A stretch of DNA of 64,000 nt from a virus (IMGVR_UViG_3300003375_000001:96001-160000); one strand, 5' to 3'. Counted from the first letter of the stretch, positions 1 through 10,004 are shown. Numbers and translations are program-made. The notes: generated by a model from the letters alone, not told the origin.

Positions 1-411
1 TTTCTAGTTTATACCAATGGTGGCTGGAACGTTATTCCTCCAGGTTCCCTAGTATATAATCCAGCGTCCATTGTTGGCGTTACTGCTACTAACGTAACGC
101 CAAACGCTACCACGTCGTCTACCGCTACGTCCGGAACTGTACAGTTGACCACGGCTAGCAACAGACTTCAGCGTTTCAATAACGCGCTTACAGCGAATAC
201 CGTTGTCGCTACCCCAGTGACAGGCGGCCAGGACGGTATGGAATTCGAGATCGTTAGAGACGCAGGTACACCGGGTGCATTTACTCTAACAATTAGTGAC
301 GTTACCTCTGGTAAGTCCTACACCATTGCCAGCAACACGCGTGGCTTTTGTAAAATGCGCTGTATAGGAGCAGGCGGATGGATCGTTTCAGCCGCTGGTA
401 CACTGCCATGA
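1..411 (+). CDS. 5'-truncated probable virion structural protein (C-terminal part)
   Basis: Frame 1 is open from base 1 (FLVYTNGGWNVIPPGS...) to TGA 409-411; T/S/G/A-rich like the neighbouring virion genes. Confidence 0.6.
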   Translation, partial: FLVYTNGGWNVIPPGSLVYNPASIVGVTATNVTPNATTSSTATSGTVQLTTASNRLQRFNNALTANTVVATPVTGGQDGMEFEIVRDAGTPGAFTLTISDVTSGKSYTIASNTRGFCKMRCIGAGGWIVSAAGTLP

Positions 412-632
412 TTAAAGGCATTGATACCGCTTTCTCACGGTGGGTTTCAAAACCCAAAGACGATAGCGTAGCTTCTTCGGCTTCTGCACCTACCAAGGTA
501 ACCTCTCGTGTTGATATATCAATACCAGATCAGTGCCCCGTGTGCAAAGCTACGATGGGAAAGGCAGAAGCACACGGTATCCCTGTGTACGTCTGCCATA
601 AGGACAGAGTAGTCCTTCCTCAACCTGATTAA
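408..632 (+). CDS. small zinc-ribbon protein
   Basis: ATG 408 overlaps the upstream stop (ATGA); CPVC...VCH motif. Confidence 0.65.
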   Translation: MIKGIDTAFSRWVSKPKDDSVASSASAPTKVTSRVDISIPDQCPVCKATMGKAEAHGIPVYVCHKDRVVLPQPD

Positions 633-644
633 CCGAAACCTCCT

Positions 645-2474
645 ATGCTGAAAAATCGCTACTCCGTAACTGGAGGCACGCTTCGCCCCTACGCACAGCC
701 TTCTTCCCGAGACAACTCTGCTTTGAAAAGTGCTAGGGTGACTGCCAACATGTTACCCGATGTTTCAGCAGGTACTCCAGTAGGGATGATGCCTGCTGGA
801 GGTGTTGGTTTCAATCGTATGTTCACAGGGATTCTTCCGGAAACAGAAGAGTCCCTGATCCCGTATTACCGGGACTGCTACCAGTTCGACGCGGTGGCAG
901 GAGCAACTATTGACATCATATCCAGCTTTCCTTTCTCGGACTGGACCTTGACAGGTATTGACTCTGAGGAAATGAAGCCGTTTAACGATACGCTTAGTCG
1001 TATCAATATGAGAGCCTTGCTACCAGAGATATCTAACTGCTATCTCAAAGACGGTGCATTCATAGGCTCTCTTATATATGACGCACGGACATCAACATTT
1101 CAAGACATCATGGTTCATGACCGTCTTAACTGTTCGATAACGCATTCGCCTCTGTTCTCTCAAGAGCCTATAATCAAGGCTAACTCTGCGCAGTACCTTA
1201 ACGCGTTTATACACTCGGATTCTCCTTATGTCCGAAAGATCATGGAGTCTTATCCTAAGGCCGTGATCGATGCCTTTACGCAAGGTGAAGCTGTTCTAGA
1301 CCCTGTCACCACTATCTATGTGCCTAGGCGCACGCAGGTAGACCAGGTAACAACTTCTTACCTGAAACGTTTGCTGCCTTTCTACATTCTAGAAAAGACT
1401 CTGTTTAGAGGAACGCTAATAGAGGCTACTAAACGCATGCGGGCTACTACCCATGTGCAGCTAGGAACAGACGTTTGGGAGCCAACGCCTAAGGAAATGC
1501 AGCAGGTTCTAGCTCAGTTCCAGATGTCTGAAATGGATCCTCTTGGCGCGTGGGTAGTTACCCGCCAAGGCGTTCAGGTTCAAGACATTCGCCAGGCAGG
1601 TGAAATGTGGAAGTGGACAGACGTTATCGACACGTTAGTCCCACATAAGCTTCGTGCTCTAGGTATCTCTGAAGCATTTTTGGCAGGAGACGCCGCCTAC
1701 GCAACAGCAGAAACTGCTATGACAGTGTTCCTCGAAAACATGGAAGGCTTTCGAGACTTTGTGAAGTACAAGACCTTTGACACAAAGATGTTCCCTCTTA
1801 TAGCCGTCATGCATCGACTGTTCAAAGATCCTACTAAGGCTAAGGCAAATACCACTGCCGAAAACTTGATGTATAACCTGTCGGATCGTACTAATCTTAA
1901 GATTCCTGACTTGCAGTGGCATAAGAAACTCATCACGAAGGACGCTAGTGAATTCGATCTGCTGGACAAGCTGAGTGAAAAGGGTCTGCCTATTCCGTTG
2001 AAGATGTTGGCTGCTGCCGGTGGAATTGATTTAAGCAGCCTACTGCAAGACTTAAAGGAAGATAGAGAGATTAGGGGAAAGATTTCCGCTGCGACAGGGG
2101 TGCCTATGCCTGCGTCGAATCAAGGTTCAGGCAATCCTGGAAGTGGCGGTGGCGATGATGACGGTGGAATGGGTTACTCTGAAGCTTCCTTGCAAAAGCT
2201 AGAAGCCCGTGCAGAACTACGTTCGCTGGCTAACCCCGTTCTAAACCGCCGCCGTTCTATCTTGCAGCGTGACTACGGAGAATCTGCTGTACCGTTGCGC
2301 ACGTCCAAGTCAGGTAAAGTACTTCACTCGGTTTATAACGAACACAAGGCTGTGCGCAAGCACGATGAGATCATCGCTAAGGCTGCTAAGAACTTGCGTG
2401 ACCCAGAAACGCGTGCCCGTGTCCGTGCCAAGATCATTGAACGAGTTGGACGTATGCCCAACGTAATCAAGTAA
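645..2474 (+). CDS. putative portal protein
   Basis: 609 aa; YYRDCYQFDAVAGATIDIISSFPFSDW segment resembles large-phage portal N-termini; directly upstream of a prohead-protease-like gene. Confidence 0.65.
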   Translation: MLKNRYSVTGGTLRPYAQPSSRDNSALKSARVTANMLPDVSAGTPVGMMPAGGVGFNRMFTGILPETEESLIPYYRDCYQFDAVAGATIDIISSFPFSDWTLTGIDSEEMKPFNDTLSRINMRALLPEISNCYLKDGAFIGSLIYDARTSTFQDIMVHDRLNCSITHSPLFSQEPIIKANSAQYLNAFIHSDSPYVRKIMESYPKAVIDAFTQGEAVLDPVTTIYVPRRTQVDQVTTSYLKRLLPFYILEKTLFRGTLIEATKRMRATTHVQLGTDVWEPTPKEMQQVLAQFQMSEMDPLGAWVVTRQGVQVQDIRQAGEMWKWTDVIDTLVPHKLRALGISEAFLAGDAAYATAETAMTVFLENMEGFRDFVKYKTFDTKMFPLIAVMHRLFKDPTKAKANTTAENLMYNLSDRTNLKIPDLQWHKKLITKDASEFDLLDKLSEKGLPIPLKMLAAAGGIDLSSLLQDLKEDREIRGKISAATGVPMPASNQGSGNPGSGGGDDDGGMGYSEASLQKLEARAELRSLANPVLNRRRSILQRDYGESAVPLRTSKSGKVLHSVYNEHKAVRKHDEIIAKAAKNLRDPETRARVRAKIIERVGRMPNVIK

Positions 2475-2484
2475 GGACATCATC

Positions 2485-3603
2485 ATGGAAACACTAGGTG
2501 TTCTGTGGGATACGGCCACCACAAGACTTGCTAACGCAATTATCATGGACGTTCTATCCATGCAGCATGAGTGGCCTGATCTTAAGCTGTATGTACCTCA
2601 GATAGCAGAGTCCGAAGAATTGTCTATGGCCTTGAGGGCTTTGGGTGTACCTACAGTTACCGACGCGCATACCGAGGTCTGGAAACTGTACTATGAAAAG
2701 GAATGCCCCGTAGCCCCTGAATCCGCTCAACACGTTTACAAACGTAAGTTGGACGACGGTGTCAAAGACCTGTCTATGCTGCCTGGTGTTACAAACTACC
2801 CCGCGTTCAAAGACCGTACGCGACCTGCGCCTCCCTACGCGAATCCTTTTAATAAGCCGCGTCCGCAACACCCCAAGATGAACGTTGACCTGTTCTTACC
2901 TCCTTGGGCTTATCAGTGGGCATCAACGATAACAAATACGGAGAAGGCTATGGCCGATTCTATCCTCGAAAGCAATAGCAGTAGTGAACTCGGGTTTGAG
3001 AAATGGTTACCCTTCGCTGCTCAAGCGTACAATCTCAGTACCAACGTGAAAGACTATCTGATTCATCCTGCAATGGTGATGATGTCGGATGTCCCTAATA
3101 GAAATGGTGTAGCTTTTCCTTTGAAAGAACTTATCAAGTGGAACTCTGACCATGGGATGCAGGCCTATCGCACTTGGATAGGCAAGCCAATGTTTGAAGA
3201 GCACCGCTCTGACGTATTGAAAACGGCTATAGGCATCGTCATAGACGTGTCTCTATCTCCGTTAGTCGGTTATGCCAACGGCAAGGTATACAAGGTGATG
3301 GCACTTATAGCTATCGATAGGACAAAGAATTCTGACCTTGCTAGACGCATTGAAGCAGGTGAACAGAATACCTATAGCATGGGCGCTTATGTAGGAGGGT
3401 ATCACTGCTCTTACTGTGATGAAGAAGTAGGCAAGTGTGGACACATAGACCCTCGCGACCCTGTCACCTTCTACGAGCAAAACGGCAGACTGGTATACAA
3501 AAACGTCTTTGATGTTGCCGGCTACGAATTTAGCTCTGTGGAAGATCCAGCTTACATATTCTGTACGGATACGCGTGACGGCTTAGTGCTAGATCATACC
3601 TAA
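2485..3603 (+). CDS. putative prohead (capsid maturation) protease
   Basis: PNRNGVAFP..EL, YRTWIGKPMFEEH, SMGA..CSYC..CGH motifs typical of this protease family. Confidence 0.7.
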   Translation: METLGVLWDTATTRLANAIIMDVLSMQHEWPDLKLYVPQIAESEELSMALRALGVPTVTDAHTEVWKLYYEKECPVAPESAQHVYKRKLDDGVKDLSMLPGVTNYPAFKDRTRPAPPYANPFNKPRPQHPKMNVDLFLPPWAYQWASTITNTEKAMADSILESNSSSELGFEKWLPFAAQAYNLSTNVKDYLIHPAMVMMSDVPNRNGVAFPLKELIKWNSDHGMQAYRTWIGKPMFEEHRSDVLKTAIGIVIDVSLSPLVGYANGKVYKVMALIAIDRTKNSDLARRIEAGEQNTYSMGAYVGGYHCSYCDEEVGKCGHIDPRDPVTFYEQNGRLVYKNVFDVAGYEFSSVEDPAYIFCTDTRDGLVLDHT

Positions 3604-3609
3604 CATCCT

Positions 3610-4434
3610 ATGCCGTCCGCTTCTTACTATACTCAGGTTGCTGCGGACTGTATAACTCTTGCCGCAGCTCAAGGGCTAAGCTCGTCCACACCGTCAGTAG
3701 TGGTTAACTACTACGTCCTTAATCCTGCGGGCACACCTGCGTTTTATACACAAATAACCGTAGCGTATTCTCTACCAGCCAGCATTGAGGGTACGGTATT
3801 TGTAGGAGCTAACCCACTAGTACCAGGTCAGTATAAAAAGATATTCGTCTACACCAGTGGGCAGTGGTATTTCTTATATCCTGCGGGTGTGCTATGGAGT
3901 TCTATAGCTCCTGAAGGACTTCTTACATCTGCCCAGATGATTGAAGGAGCGCTAAGTGTAGTAGGATATAATCCTTTAAATAACACGGCACTTAAGCCTG
4001 ACGGAACTGTCTTTTCTAGTAGTGGCAGCTCTGGAGGAGGATCATCTTCTTCTAGCAGTACTTTGTACGGTCCGTACGTGGCTACTGTAGACATGACCGC
4101 TGGCGTACCTGTATACATAAGGCGCTCTGACGGTCACTTAGACGAGGCCGACGCGTCCGTTTATACCAAGTGTTTTGTGATGGGTCTAACCCAAGCGTAT
4201 GTGGCTGCAGGTCATTCTGTGCAGGTGCAGACAGGTCCAGTTACGTTGTCCGATTGGACTTCTATAGCTGGCTCAACTTCTTTAGTCATAGGCGTCCCCT
4301 ACTTTTTGAACATTGGTGGCGGAATAACCACCGTGCCTCCCGTTTCTACAGGAAGCGTTGGCTCTTGCTTAGTAGGATACTCTGCTGACTCCCAGACTCT
4401 AATAGTCAAACCTTCTTCTCCAATCCTTTTATAA
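3610..4434 (+). CDS. virion structural protein with C-terminal decoration/cement-like domain
   Basis: Beta-rich; S/G linker; C-terminal domain paralogous to 4447-4935 (both end PILL). Confidence 0.6.
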   Translation: MPSASYYTQVAADCITLAAAQGLSSSTPSVVVNYYVLNPAGTPAFYTQITVAYSLPASIEGTVFVGANPLVPGQYKKIFVYTSGQWYFLYPAGVLWSSIAPEGLLTSAQMIEGALSVVGYNPLNNTALKPDGTVFSSSGSSGGGSSSSSSTLYGPYVATVDMTAGVPVYIRRSDGHLDEADASVYTKCFVMGLTQAYVAAGHSVQVQTGPVTLSDWTSIAGSTSLVIGVPYFLNIGGGITTVPPVSTGSVGSCLVGYSADSQTLIVKPSSPILL

Positions 4435-4446
4435 AAGGCAATTATC

Positions 4447-4935
4447 ATGGCAGTTCGTACACCCCTGGTTCTCGGTTCAGACGGCATCGCTCAACAGCTT
4501 CAGTCTGGCGATACTATTTCTGTGCCTTCTAATACACCTAGCATTAGGTCTGTCACTAATGGCGAGTCTTCTGCTGCCTTGACTATAGGTATGCCTGTAT
4601 ACGCAAGTGCGGCGGACACCGTAAAACGTGGTCAAGCCAATGCGAAGTCTACTAGCTATCTAGCAGGCTTAGTCTACGATGCCACAATTGCAGCCGCGGC
4701 TAACGGTAACATCGCACAATCGGGTGTTCTGGTTGCTACTACAACGCAGTGGGACGCAGTGGCAGGTACAAGTGGTGGCCTTGTGTTTAATACCAACTAT
4801 TTTCTCGATCCAGCCAACGTAGGTAAGCTTACGTCTACTGTCCCTACAACTGTGGGTCAATGCAACGTGCTAGTAGGTCGTGCAATTTCGTCCACAGAAC
4901 TTGAAGTTCTATTGCGTGATCCTATTCTGCTGTGA
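4447..4935 (+). CDS. virion decoration/fibre-base-like protein
   Basis: N-terminal RTPLVLGSDG..QQLQSGD motif; small-residue beta-rich domain. Confidence 0.6.
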   Translation: MAVRTPLVLGSDGIAQQLQSGDTISVPSNTPSIRSVTNGESSAALTIGMPVYASAADTVKRGQANAKSTSYLAGLVYDATIAAAANGNIAQSGVLVATTTQWDAVAGTSGGLVFNTNYFLDPANVGKLTSTVPTTVGQCNVLVGRAISSTELEVLLRDPILL

Positions 4936-5204
4936 CCACTAGACTTCCTCTGGTATTAGGTGACGACGGAGAACCTCAGCAGTTACAGTCTGGGGATTCC
5001 GTCGCTTTAATAATACCAGAATTAACCTCAGACCCCGCGTCACCCATTAACGGACAGGCGTGGGTGCTGAATACCACGTTAAATGCAGCTGGAACACTTC
5101 AAGCGTTCATAGGTAGCTTTCCTGTAGTTACCCCGACAGTGCAAAGCGCGTTTCAGCTATCGTTTGCGTCGTCTCAGGGTACAAAAAGGATAACAATGTC
5201 ATGA
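4932..5204 (+). CDS. small virion protein
   Basis: GTG start overlapping the upstream stop; N-terminal RLPLVLGDDG..QQLQSGD motif shared with the previous gene. Confidence 0.6.
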   Translation: MTTRLPLVLGDDGEPQQLQSGDSVALIIPELTSDPASPINGQAWVLNTTLNAAGTLQAFIGSFPVVTPTVQSAFQLSFASSQGTKRITMS

Positions 5205-6025
5205 GTGATTCGCACCTTAATGTACTCCAGGCTGCTTCCGGCGGAACAGCCGTAGCTACTATAACTTATACTGACTCTACCTCAACAGTAGTTCAGGCGT
5301 CAAAAACCGTAAACATAGACGCTAGTGGTAACCCTCTTAGCTCTCTGTCCTTTGCTAGTTTGTACGGTGAAGTTACCGCAGTGGGCGGATCAGTATTCGC
5401 GGCTAGTGCTTACAATAGCGTGTATACTATAGCGGCATCAGGTACATCTCCAGTAACTACTGGCTGGGAAAACGTACTGGCTGGTTCTAACATATCGATT
5501 CTTCTAACCAACACACAGGCATGTACCTTATCAGTGTATGCTTCTATTGACTCTAACGGTACGTATCAGCAACCGGTTGTAGTTTTCACTCTGGCTCAGA
5601 ATCAAGGTTTAGAAGTAAGCTTTCCTGCCAACGGTAATTACTACCAATATGTGGTTACCAACACAAGCGGGTCTTCCGGAACATTCAACCTTAACGTATA
5701 CTACGGCAGCATAGGCAGCAGTGGGCCTCTACCACTATCTTTAGCTCAGACTGTAACGCAGGCTATGCCTACTGGCTTGCAGAATGGTAAAGTTGGCGTA
5801 AGTGCTACGGCTGCGTCTTTAGGCTTAGGTATTTTGGGTGTTGGCGTAGTGGTAAGAGCATCAGGTGCCAATACTGCAAGCATATTTGTGGGCAACTCTT
5901 CTGTTTCAACAACAACTGGTTATGAGTTATCTCCGGGAGAGGCAGTTTCCCTAACGGTGTCTAACCTGTCTCAAGTATACGTTATAGCTGCCGCAGCTCA
6001 AAGCTGTACCTACATAGGATCTTAA
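5201..6025 (+). CDS. virion fibre-like protein
   Basis: ATGA overlap; S/T/G/A-rich beta-sandwich-like sequence. Confidence 0.55.
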   Translation: MSDSHLNVLQAASGGTAVATITYTDSTSTVVQASKTVNIDASGNPLSSLSFASLYGEVTAVGGSVFAASAYNSVYTIAASGTSPVTTGWENVLAGSNISILLTNTQACTLSVYASIDSNGTYQQPVVVFTLAQNQGLEVSFPANGNYYQYVVTNTSGSSGTFNLNVYYGSIGSSGPLPLSLAQTVTQAMPTGLQNGKVGVSATAASLGLGILGVGVVVRASGANTASIFVGNSSVSTTTGYELSPGEAVSLTVSNLSQVYVIAAAAQSCTYIGS

Positions 6026-6026
6026 C

Positions 6027-7877
6027 ATGCCAGTAGGAAACATAGGTTTCGGTAGTAGGTCTTCTGGTACTACTATAACAGCCGCAGACACAACCATAGT
6101 GGTAGGCGGCACTACATCTGCACCTACCCTTAAAGTAGGGCAGTCTGCACTTAGCGTAAACGTTAGGGTGTTCCGTCCACAAGACTACGGTACCCTAACG
6201 TACGATGGCTCCGTCTCTTGTGACGCAGCGTTTACTGCTATGATAGCCGCCGTGAACACGTTCGCTAACAGGTGTAAGATAGAAATACCCCCAGGTGTCT
6301 TTCTTATGTCTGCGGGTATCTTCACGCTAACTTCGACAGCACCGATAGAAATCGTCGGTAGTGGAAGATTCAATACTGTTCTTTATCAGCCTGCGAGCAC
6401 CACAGCCGACTATATAAAACTCGCTTCAGGGTCTGACGGCATTGGCCTTAGTGGATTTGCCATATATCAGAGCGGGACGCCTAATACTGCAGGTTCAGGT
6501 ATCAATACTAATGGAGCCTCTGACGTTCGTATATGTGACATGTTCTTTGTTGGTCAGTTCTATGACATCAACATAAATGCCAACAGTTACAAGGTTAGCA
6601 TAACAAAGACAGTCCATAGTCAAACAAACGGTAGCACTACTAGCGTAGGTATCTACGTAAACAACGGCGCTGTAGGTGACACTTACATTGGCCCCGACGT
6701 AGTTATGTCTAATACGGGTACCAACCGTAGGTATGCTTGCGTTCAGGTCGTGGCATCTGGTCACTACGAGGTTAACCAGAGTAACCTCACAGGATCTCAG
6801 TACGGCATTGTAATTTCTCCAGGCGCAGGTGTAATTGTCAGCTTCGGATTTCACAATGAAGTGTTGTGTGACTCTAATACCATAGCAGGCCTGTACCTCA
6901 ACGCGTCTACAGCTACCAGTACCATAAAGGCCATCAAGTCCACTACGTCTTGGTATTGCGGAACCGTATCAGGCGTAGGCACATCTGGTGTAGTTACATC
7001 CGGTGTTGCAGGCGGTATCATTGACGGCGTCAGCCATGTAAATGACCGGTTCTTGAATAATCAGCAGCACGGATACCTCCATCAGTTCGGCACTAACTTC
7101 CGTTGGGTAGGATGTGACGTTAGAGGGAATAGTGCGCAGACTGCTAACACGTATGACGGCATAAACGTTGCAGCAGGTGTTAGTAACTTCTCTGTGATTG
7201 GCGGTAAGATTGGTGGTACGGATACCGCGGCTACTGGAGGTAATCAACGTTATGGAATAAACATAGCCTCTGGTGGATCGACTCAGGTTCTTGTAGAAGG
7301 TGTGGACCTTACGGGCAACAACACTGGCGCGTACACCGGACCAAACTTGGGCAATATAGTACTGGCCAACAATTTGGGTATGGTTACGCAAAGGCCAACA
7401 AACGTAAACGGTACGACAATCCCCCTCACCACAATAACCAACGTAGACAACAACAGCGGGATTACGTTGCCTTTGGGTATGCGGATAGGTACTCACATAC
7501 GTTGGTATATAACCGCTACCAACTCAGCCACGGTACAAACGCTAACGGCTACTGTACGGTATGGTACAGGTAACTATAACGGTGACGCAGCAATTTTCAC
7601 TATTGCTTTGCCCGCAGGTACCGCCGTGGTAGGTAGCGCACTGTTTGAGGTTGACTTTATTCTTTTGTCAACCACTACAGCCATGGTAACGTTCAAGGCA
7701 TTTAACGGAAACAACGCAGCGACAGGCATGTTTGGTGCTACTTCCGTATTTAGTGCTTTAAGTACACCCGCAACCATAGTAACTACCGCCCTATCTTATG
7801 TAGGTGTTTACTTTTCTTCCGCTACAGCTTCGGCTGTTACTATCCGTAGTGTAGTGGCTCAAATGATAAGTCAGTAG
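6027..7877 (+). CDS. tailspike/depolymerase-like beta-helix protein
   Basis: RPQDYG..DGSVSCDAAF..IEIPPGVF..IVGSG opening resembles pectate-lyase-3-type beta-helices; N/G/T/S-rich repeats follow. Confidence 0.65.
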   Translation: MPVGNIGFGSRSSGTTITAADTTIVVGGTTSAPTLKVGQSALSVNVRVFRPQDYGTLTYDGSVSCDAAFTAMIAAVNTFANRCKIEIPPGVFLMSAGIFTLTSTAPIEIVGSGRFNTVLYQPASTTADYIKLASGSDGIGLSGFAIYQSGTPNTAGSGINTNGASDVRICDMFFVGQFYDININANSYKVSITKTVHSQTNGSTTSVGIYVNNGAVGDTYIGPDVVMSNTGTNRRYACVQVVASGHYEVNQSNLTGSQYGIVISPGAGVIVSFGFHNEVLCDSNTIAGLYLNASTATSTIKAIKSTTSWYCGTVSGVGTSGVVTSGVAGGIIDGVSHVNDRFLNNQQHGYLHQFGTNFRWVGCDVRGNSAQTANTYDGINVAAGVSNFSVIGGKIGGTDTAATGGNQRYGINIASGGSTQVLVEGVDLTGNNTGAYTGPNLGNIVLANNLGMVTQRPTNVNGTTIPLTTITNVDNNSGITLPLGMRIGTHIRWYITATNSATVQTLTATVRYGTGNYNGDAAIFTIALPAGTAVVGSALFEVDFILLSTTTAMVTFKAFNGNNAATGMFGATSVFSALSTPATIVTTALSYVGVYFSSATASAVTIRSVVAQMISQ

Positions 7878-7930
7878 TGTACGGAATTCTGTTAACTAAG
7901 CTTTGAGTTCTCTTCTATGAAAGGTAACTC

Positions 7931-8443
7931 ATGTCCTTCAACCTTTGTACCTGGCTGGGTAGTATAGTGAAGCCCAAAAAACCTCACCATAAACATCATC
8001 ACGATGAGGACGATAGTGATGATGTTACTCCCGTAGCCAATCATATCGTCCTTCAACTCTCTTGTCCTTTTTTCACTGTCTCTGGAGAATTTCTCATGGC
8101 TCAAATCATCACCGCCGATGGCAAGACAACCGCATCCGTAGTTGGCTACTATGTCGATCCCACAACTCAACAACAAGTGACAACGCCTTCGTTGCCTTCC
8201 GCCCCTGTCTGGACTGTCACGAACGGCTTCACTCTGAAGGCTTCTGCCGACGGCCTGTCCGTCTCTATCGTCCCTACTGACGCTACTCTGGTGGCTCAAG
8301 GTACTGTCACAGTTACGTCGGGTGCTCTGACTGCTTCTGCCGATGTGTCGTACACACCTGCATCGGCTCCAGCTCCAGCTCCCGCCCCAGCCCCAGCTCC
8401 AGTAGCTACATCGCTGGGCATCGTGTTCAGCCAAGCCGTTTAA
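7931..8443 (+). CDS. Ig-like virion protein with Pro-Ala linker; probable second in-frame start at 8096
   Basis: ATG 7931 after AAAGG and ATG 8096 after GGAGA; followed by a terminator. Confidence 0.65.
   Translation: MSFNLCTWLGSIVKPKKPHHKHHHDEDDSDDVTPVANHIVLQLSCPFFTVSGEFLMAQIITADGKTTASVVGYYVDPTTQQQVTTPSLPSAPVWTVTNGFTLKASADGLSVSIVPTDATLVAQGTVTVTSGALTASADVSYTPASAPAPAPAPAPAPVATSLGIVFSQAV
8366..8401 (+). repeat. (GCN CCN)6 tandem repeat encoding APAPAPAPAPAP
   Basis: gctccagctccagctcccgccccagccccagctcca. Confidence 0.9.
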
Positions 8444-8444
8444 T

Positions 8445-8460
8445 AGCTAACGCGTTAGCT
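8445..8460. repeat. perfect 16-bp palindrome
   Basis: AGCTAACGCGTTAGCT directly after the stop codon at 8443. Confidence 0.9.
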
Positions 8461-8473
8461 TGTACTGACGCAT

Positions 8474-8511
8474 AAGGGTGTGTCTCGAAAGGGTCACACC
8501 CTTTCTTTTTT
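8474..8511 (+). terminator. intrinsic terminator ending the virion block
   Basis: AAGGGTGTG..C(GAAA)G..CACACCCTT stem followed by TCTTTTTT. Confidence 0.9.
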
Positions 8512-8534
8512 ATCCAATCACAAAAGAATAAGCC

Positions 8535-8771
8535 ATGAGTGAAAACTCCATCGATAAAGCCTGTGAAGTTGAAGCAATGCTTACCGAGGCTGCCATAAAT
8601 GAGCAAAAGCTTAGAGCTGCCAGGGAGACAGCCCGGTTAAAGTATACAGGGAAGTGTTTCTACTGCGAAACGCCGCTAGGCGGAGCTCTCCGTTTTTGTG
8701 ACGCAGACTGTAGAGATTCCTATGATCGTGAGACCACATTGAAACAACGCAGAGGAGGTAGCGTCCCATGA
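8535..8771 (+). CDS. DksA/TraR-like zinc-finger protein
   Basis: N-terminal acidic helix (SIDKACEVE) then CFYC...FCDADC. Confidence 0.55.
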   Translation: MSENSIDKACEVEAMLTEAAINEQKLRAARETARLKYTGKCFYCETPLGGALRFCDADCRDSYDRETTLKQRRGGSVP

Positions 8772-9040
8772 TGTCAATACGAATGACAACCTCCGACTTC
8801 TTTAATTCGAGATTGACAGACTATCAAGCTTTCTCGAAGTCCATCCATGTAAGCATAGCAAACTTTTGTGCTCAACAAAGTCATATAGGAACCGATACTA
8901 TAAAAGACTTTGTTGATTGGTACTGTTTGAATACACTTAATTTCTTTACCGACGTGGAAGCTTACTGGAGTACGCTGGAAGAAGACGTACTCCATGTAAA
9001 CATATCACTTAAAGGTGAGAACCCAGACTTACTAAACTAA
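8768..9040 (+). CDS. hypothetical protein
   Basis: ATGA-coupled ORF. Confidence 0.6.
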   Translation: MMSIRMTTSDFFNSRLTDYQAFSKSIHVSIANFCAQQSHIGTDTIKDFVDWYCLNTLNFFTDVEAYWSTLEEDVLHVNISLKGENPDLLN

Positions 9041-9047
9041 GGACTGC

Positions 9048-10004
9048 ATGGCTTCATTTAAAGCCCCCGTACCTGTTCAAGCTAAACTGCACGCCAGACT
9101 CGAACAGGTATTTAAGACTGTGTTAGACGAAGGCTACGTTCAAAACAACGTAGATCCTACACGCCTTAATAAGCTCCGCATATCCTCCTTTCCGTTCTGC
9201 CCACGTCGCTGGTTCTTTGCTCTTCCATCGTCCACTGCTAGAACACGCCGTGACCCCACCATGACCCTGTTCTTTACTAGTATAGGCACAACCGTGCATA
9301 CTGTAATGCAAACAGCCATCGAGTCCCTAGACGAAGAATTCAAGGCACTTAAGTGCTGGATAGTAAGGGACTGGAAGTGTAGGAATCCTGAATGTGGCTG
9401 CGTTCACGTCTACGTGCCCAGACCTTCGGTGTGCAAGAACTGTGGCGAGTCTAACCTCGAAGGTATAGAACACACGGTGGTACACGGAAACCACATCGTA
9501 GGTCACATAGATGAGACCTTAGCTTTTCTCATGGATAAGCTTCAAGTTCAGATAACTTGCGACTACAAAACTACTTCAGGGCTTAAGATTGATAAAGGTG
9601 AGTTACCTCTGTCGGACAACGTTGCTCAGATAGAAGCCTACGCAGCCATCAAGAAGTCTCAGGGTCATCCTGTTATAGGCTGGTGCCTTATCTATATATG
9701 TCGAGACAACCCTAGCAATAGAAAGCTGGTACTCCACTTGTTTGAGGACGGTGAGGTAGAAGCCATCCTAAAGAAGCTAAGTAAGTACGAGATACGTTAT
9801 GTTAAGGCTCAACAAGCTAGGAAAGCTCTTGACGCTGAGGCAGCCTCTAAGCTCAGTCCTCTGTGCTCAAATGATTGCTTTGACAAGGACTGCAACTTCG
9901 TTGGCGTGTGCGAAGGCGGACAAGAAGCTGTCTTCAAAAAGTGCAATGAAGTTGTAGTTACCTTGCAGCGTCGAAAGGAGAAGGCCCGTGGCAAAAAAAT
10001 ATAA
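9048..10004 (+). CDS. PD-(D/E)XK (Cas4/RecB-like) exonuclease
   Basis: RISSFPFCPRR, GTTVH, GHID, DYKT, QIEAY motifs; Cys cluster at C-terminus; Zn-ribbon insertion. Confidence 0.8.
   Translation: MASFKAPVPVQAKLHARLEQVFKTVLDEGYVQNNVDPTRLNKLRISSFPFCPRRWFFALPSSTARTRRDPTMTLFFTSIGTTVHTVMQTAIESLDEEFKALKCWIVRDWKCRNPECGCVHVYVPRPSVCKNCGESNLEGIEHTVVHGNHIVGHIDETLAFLMDKLQVQITCDYKTTSGLKIDKGELPLSDNVAQIEAYAAIKKSQGHPVIGWCLIYICRDNPSNRKLVLHLFEDGEVEAILKKLSKYEIRYVKAQQARKALDAEAASKLSPLCSNDCFDKDCNFVGVCEGGQEAVFKKCNEVVVTLQRRKEKARGKKI

Noticed and set aside
9048-10004. CRISPR-Cas locus
   Set aside because: A solo Cas4-like nuclease only; no cas1/cas2 and no repeat-spacer array in the window
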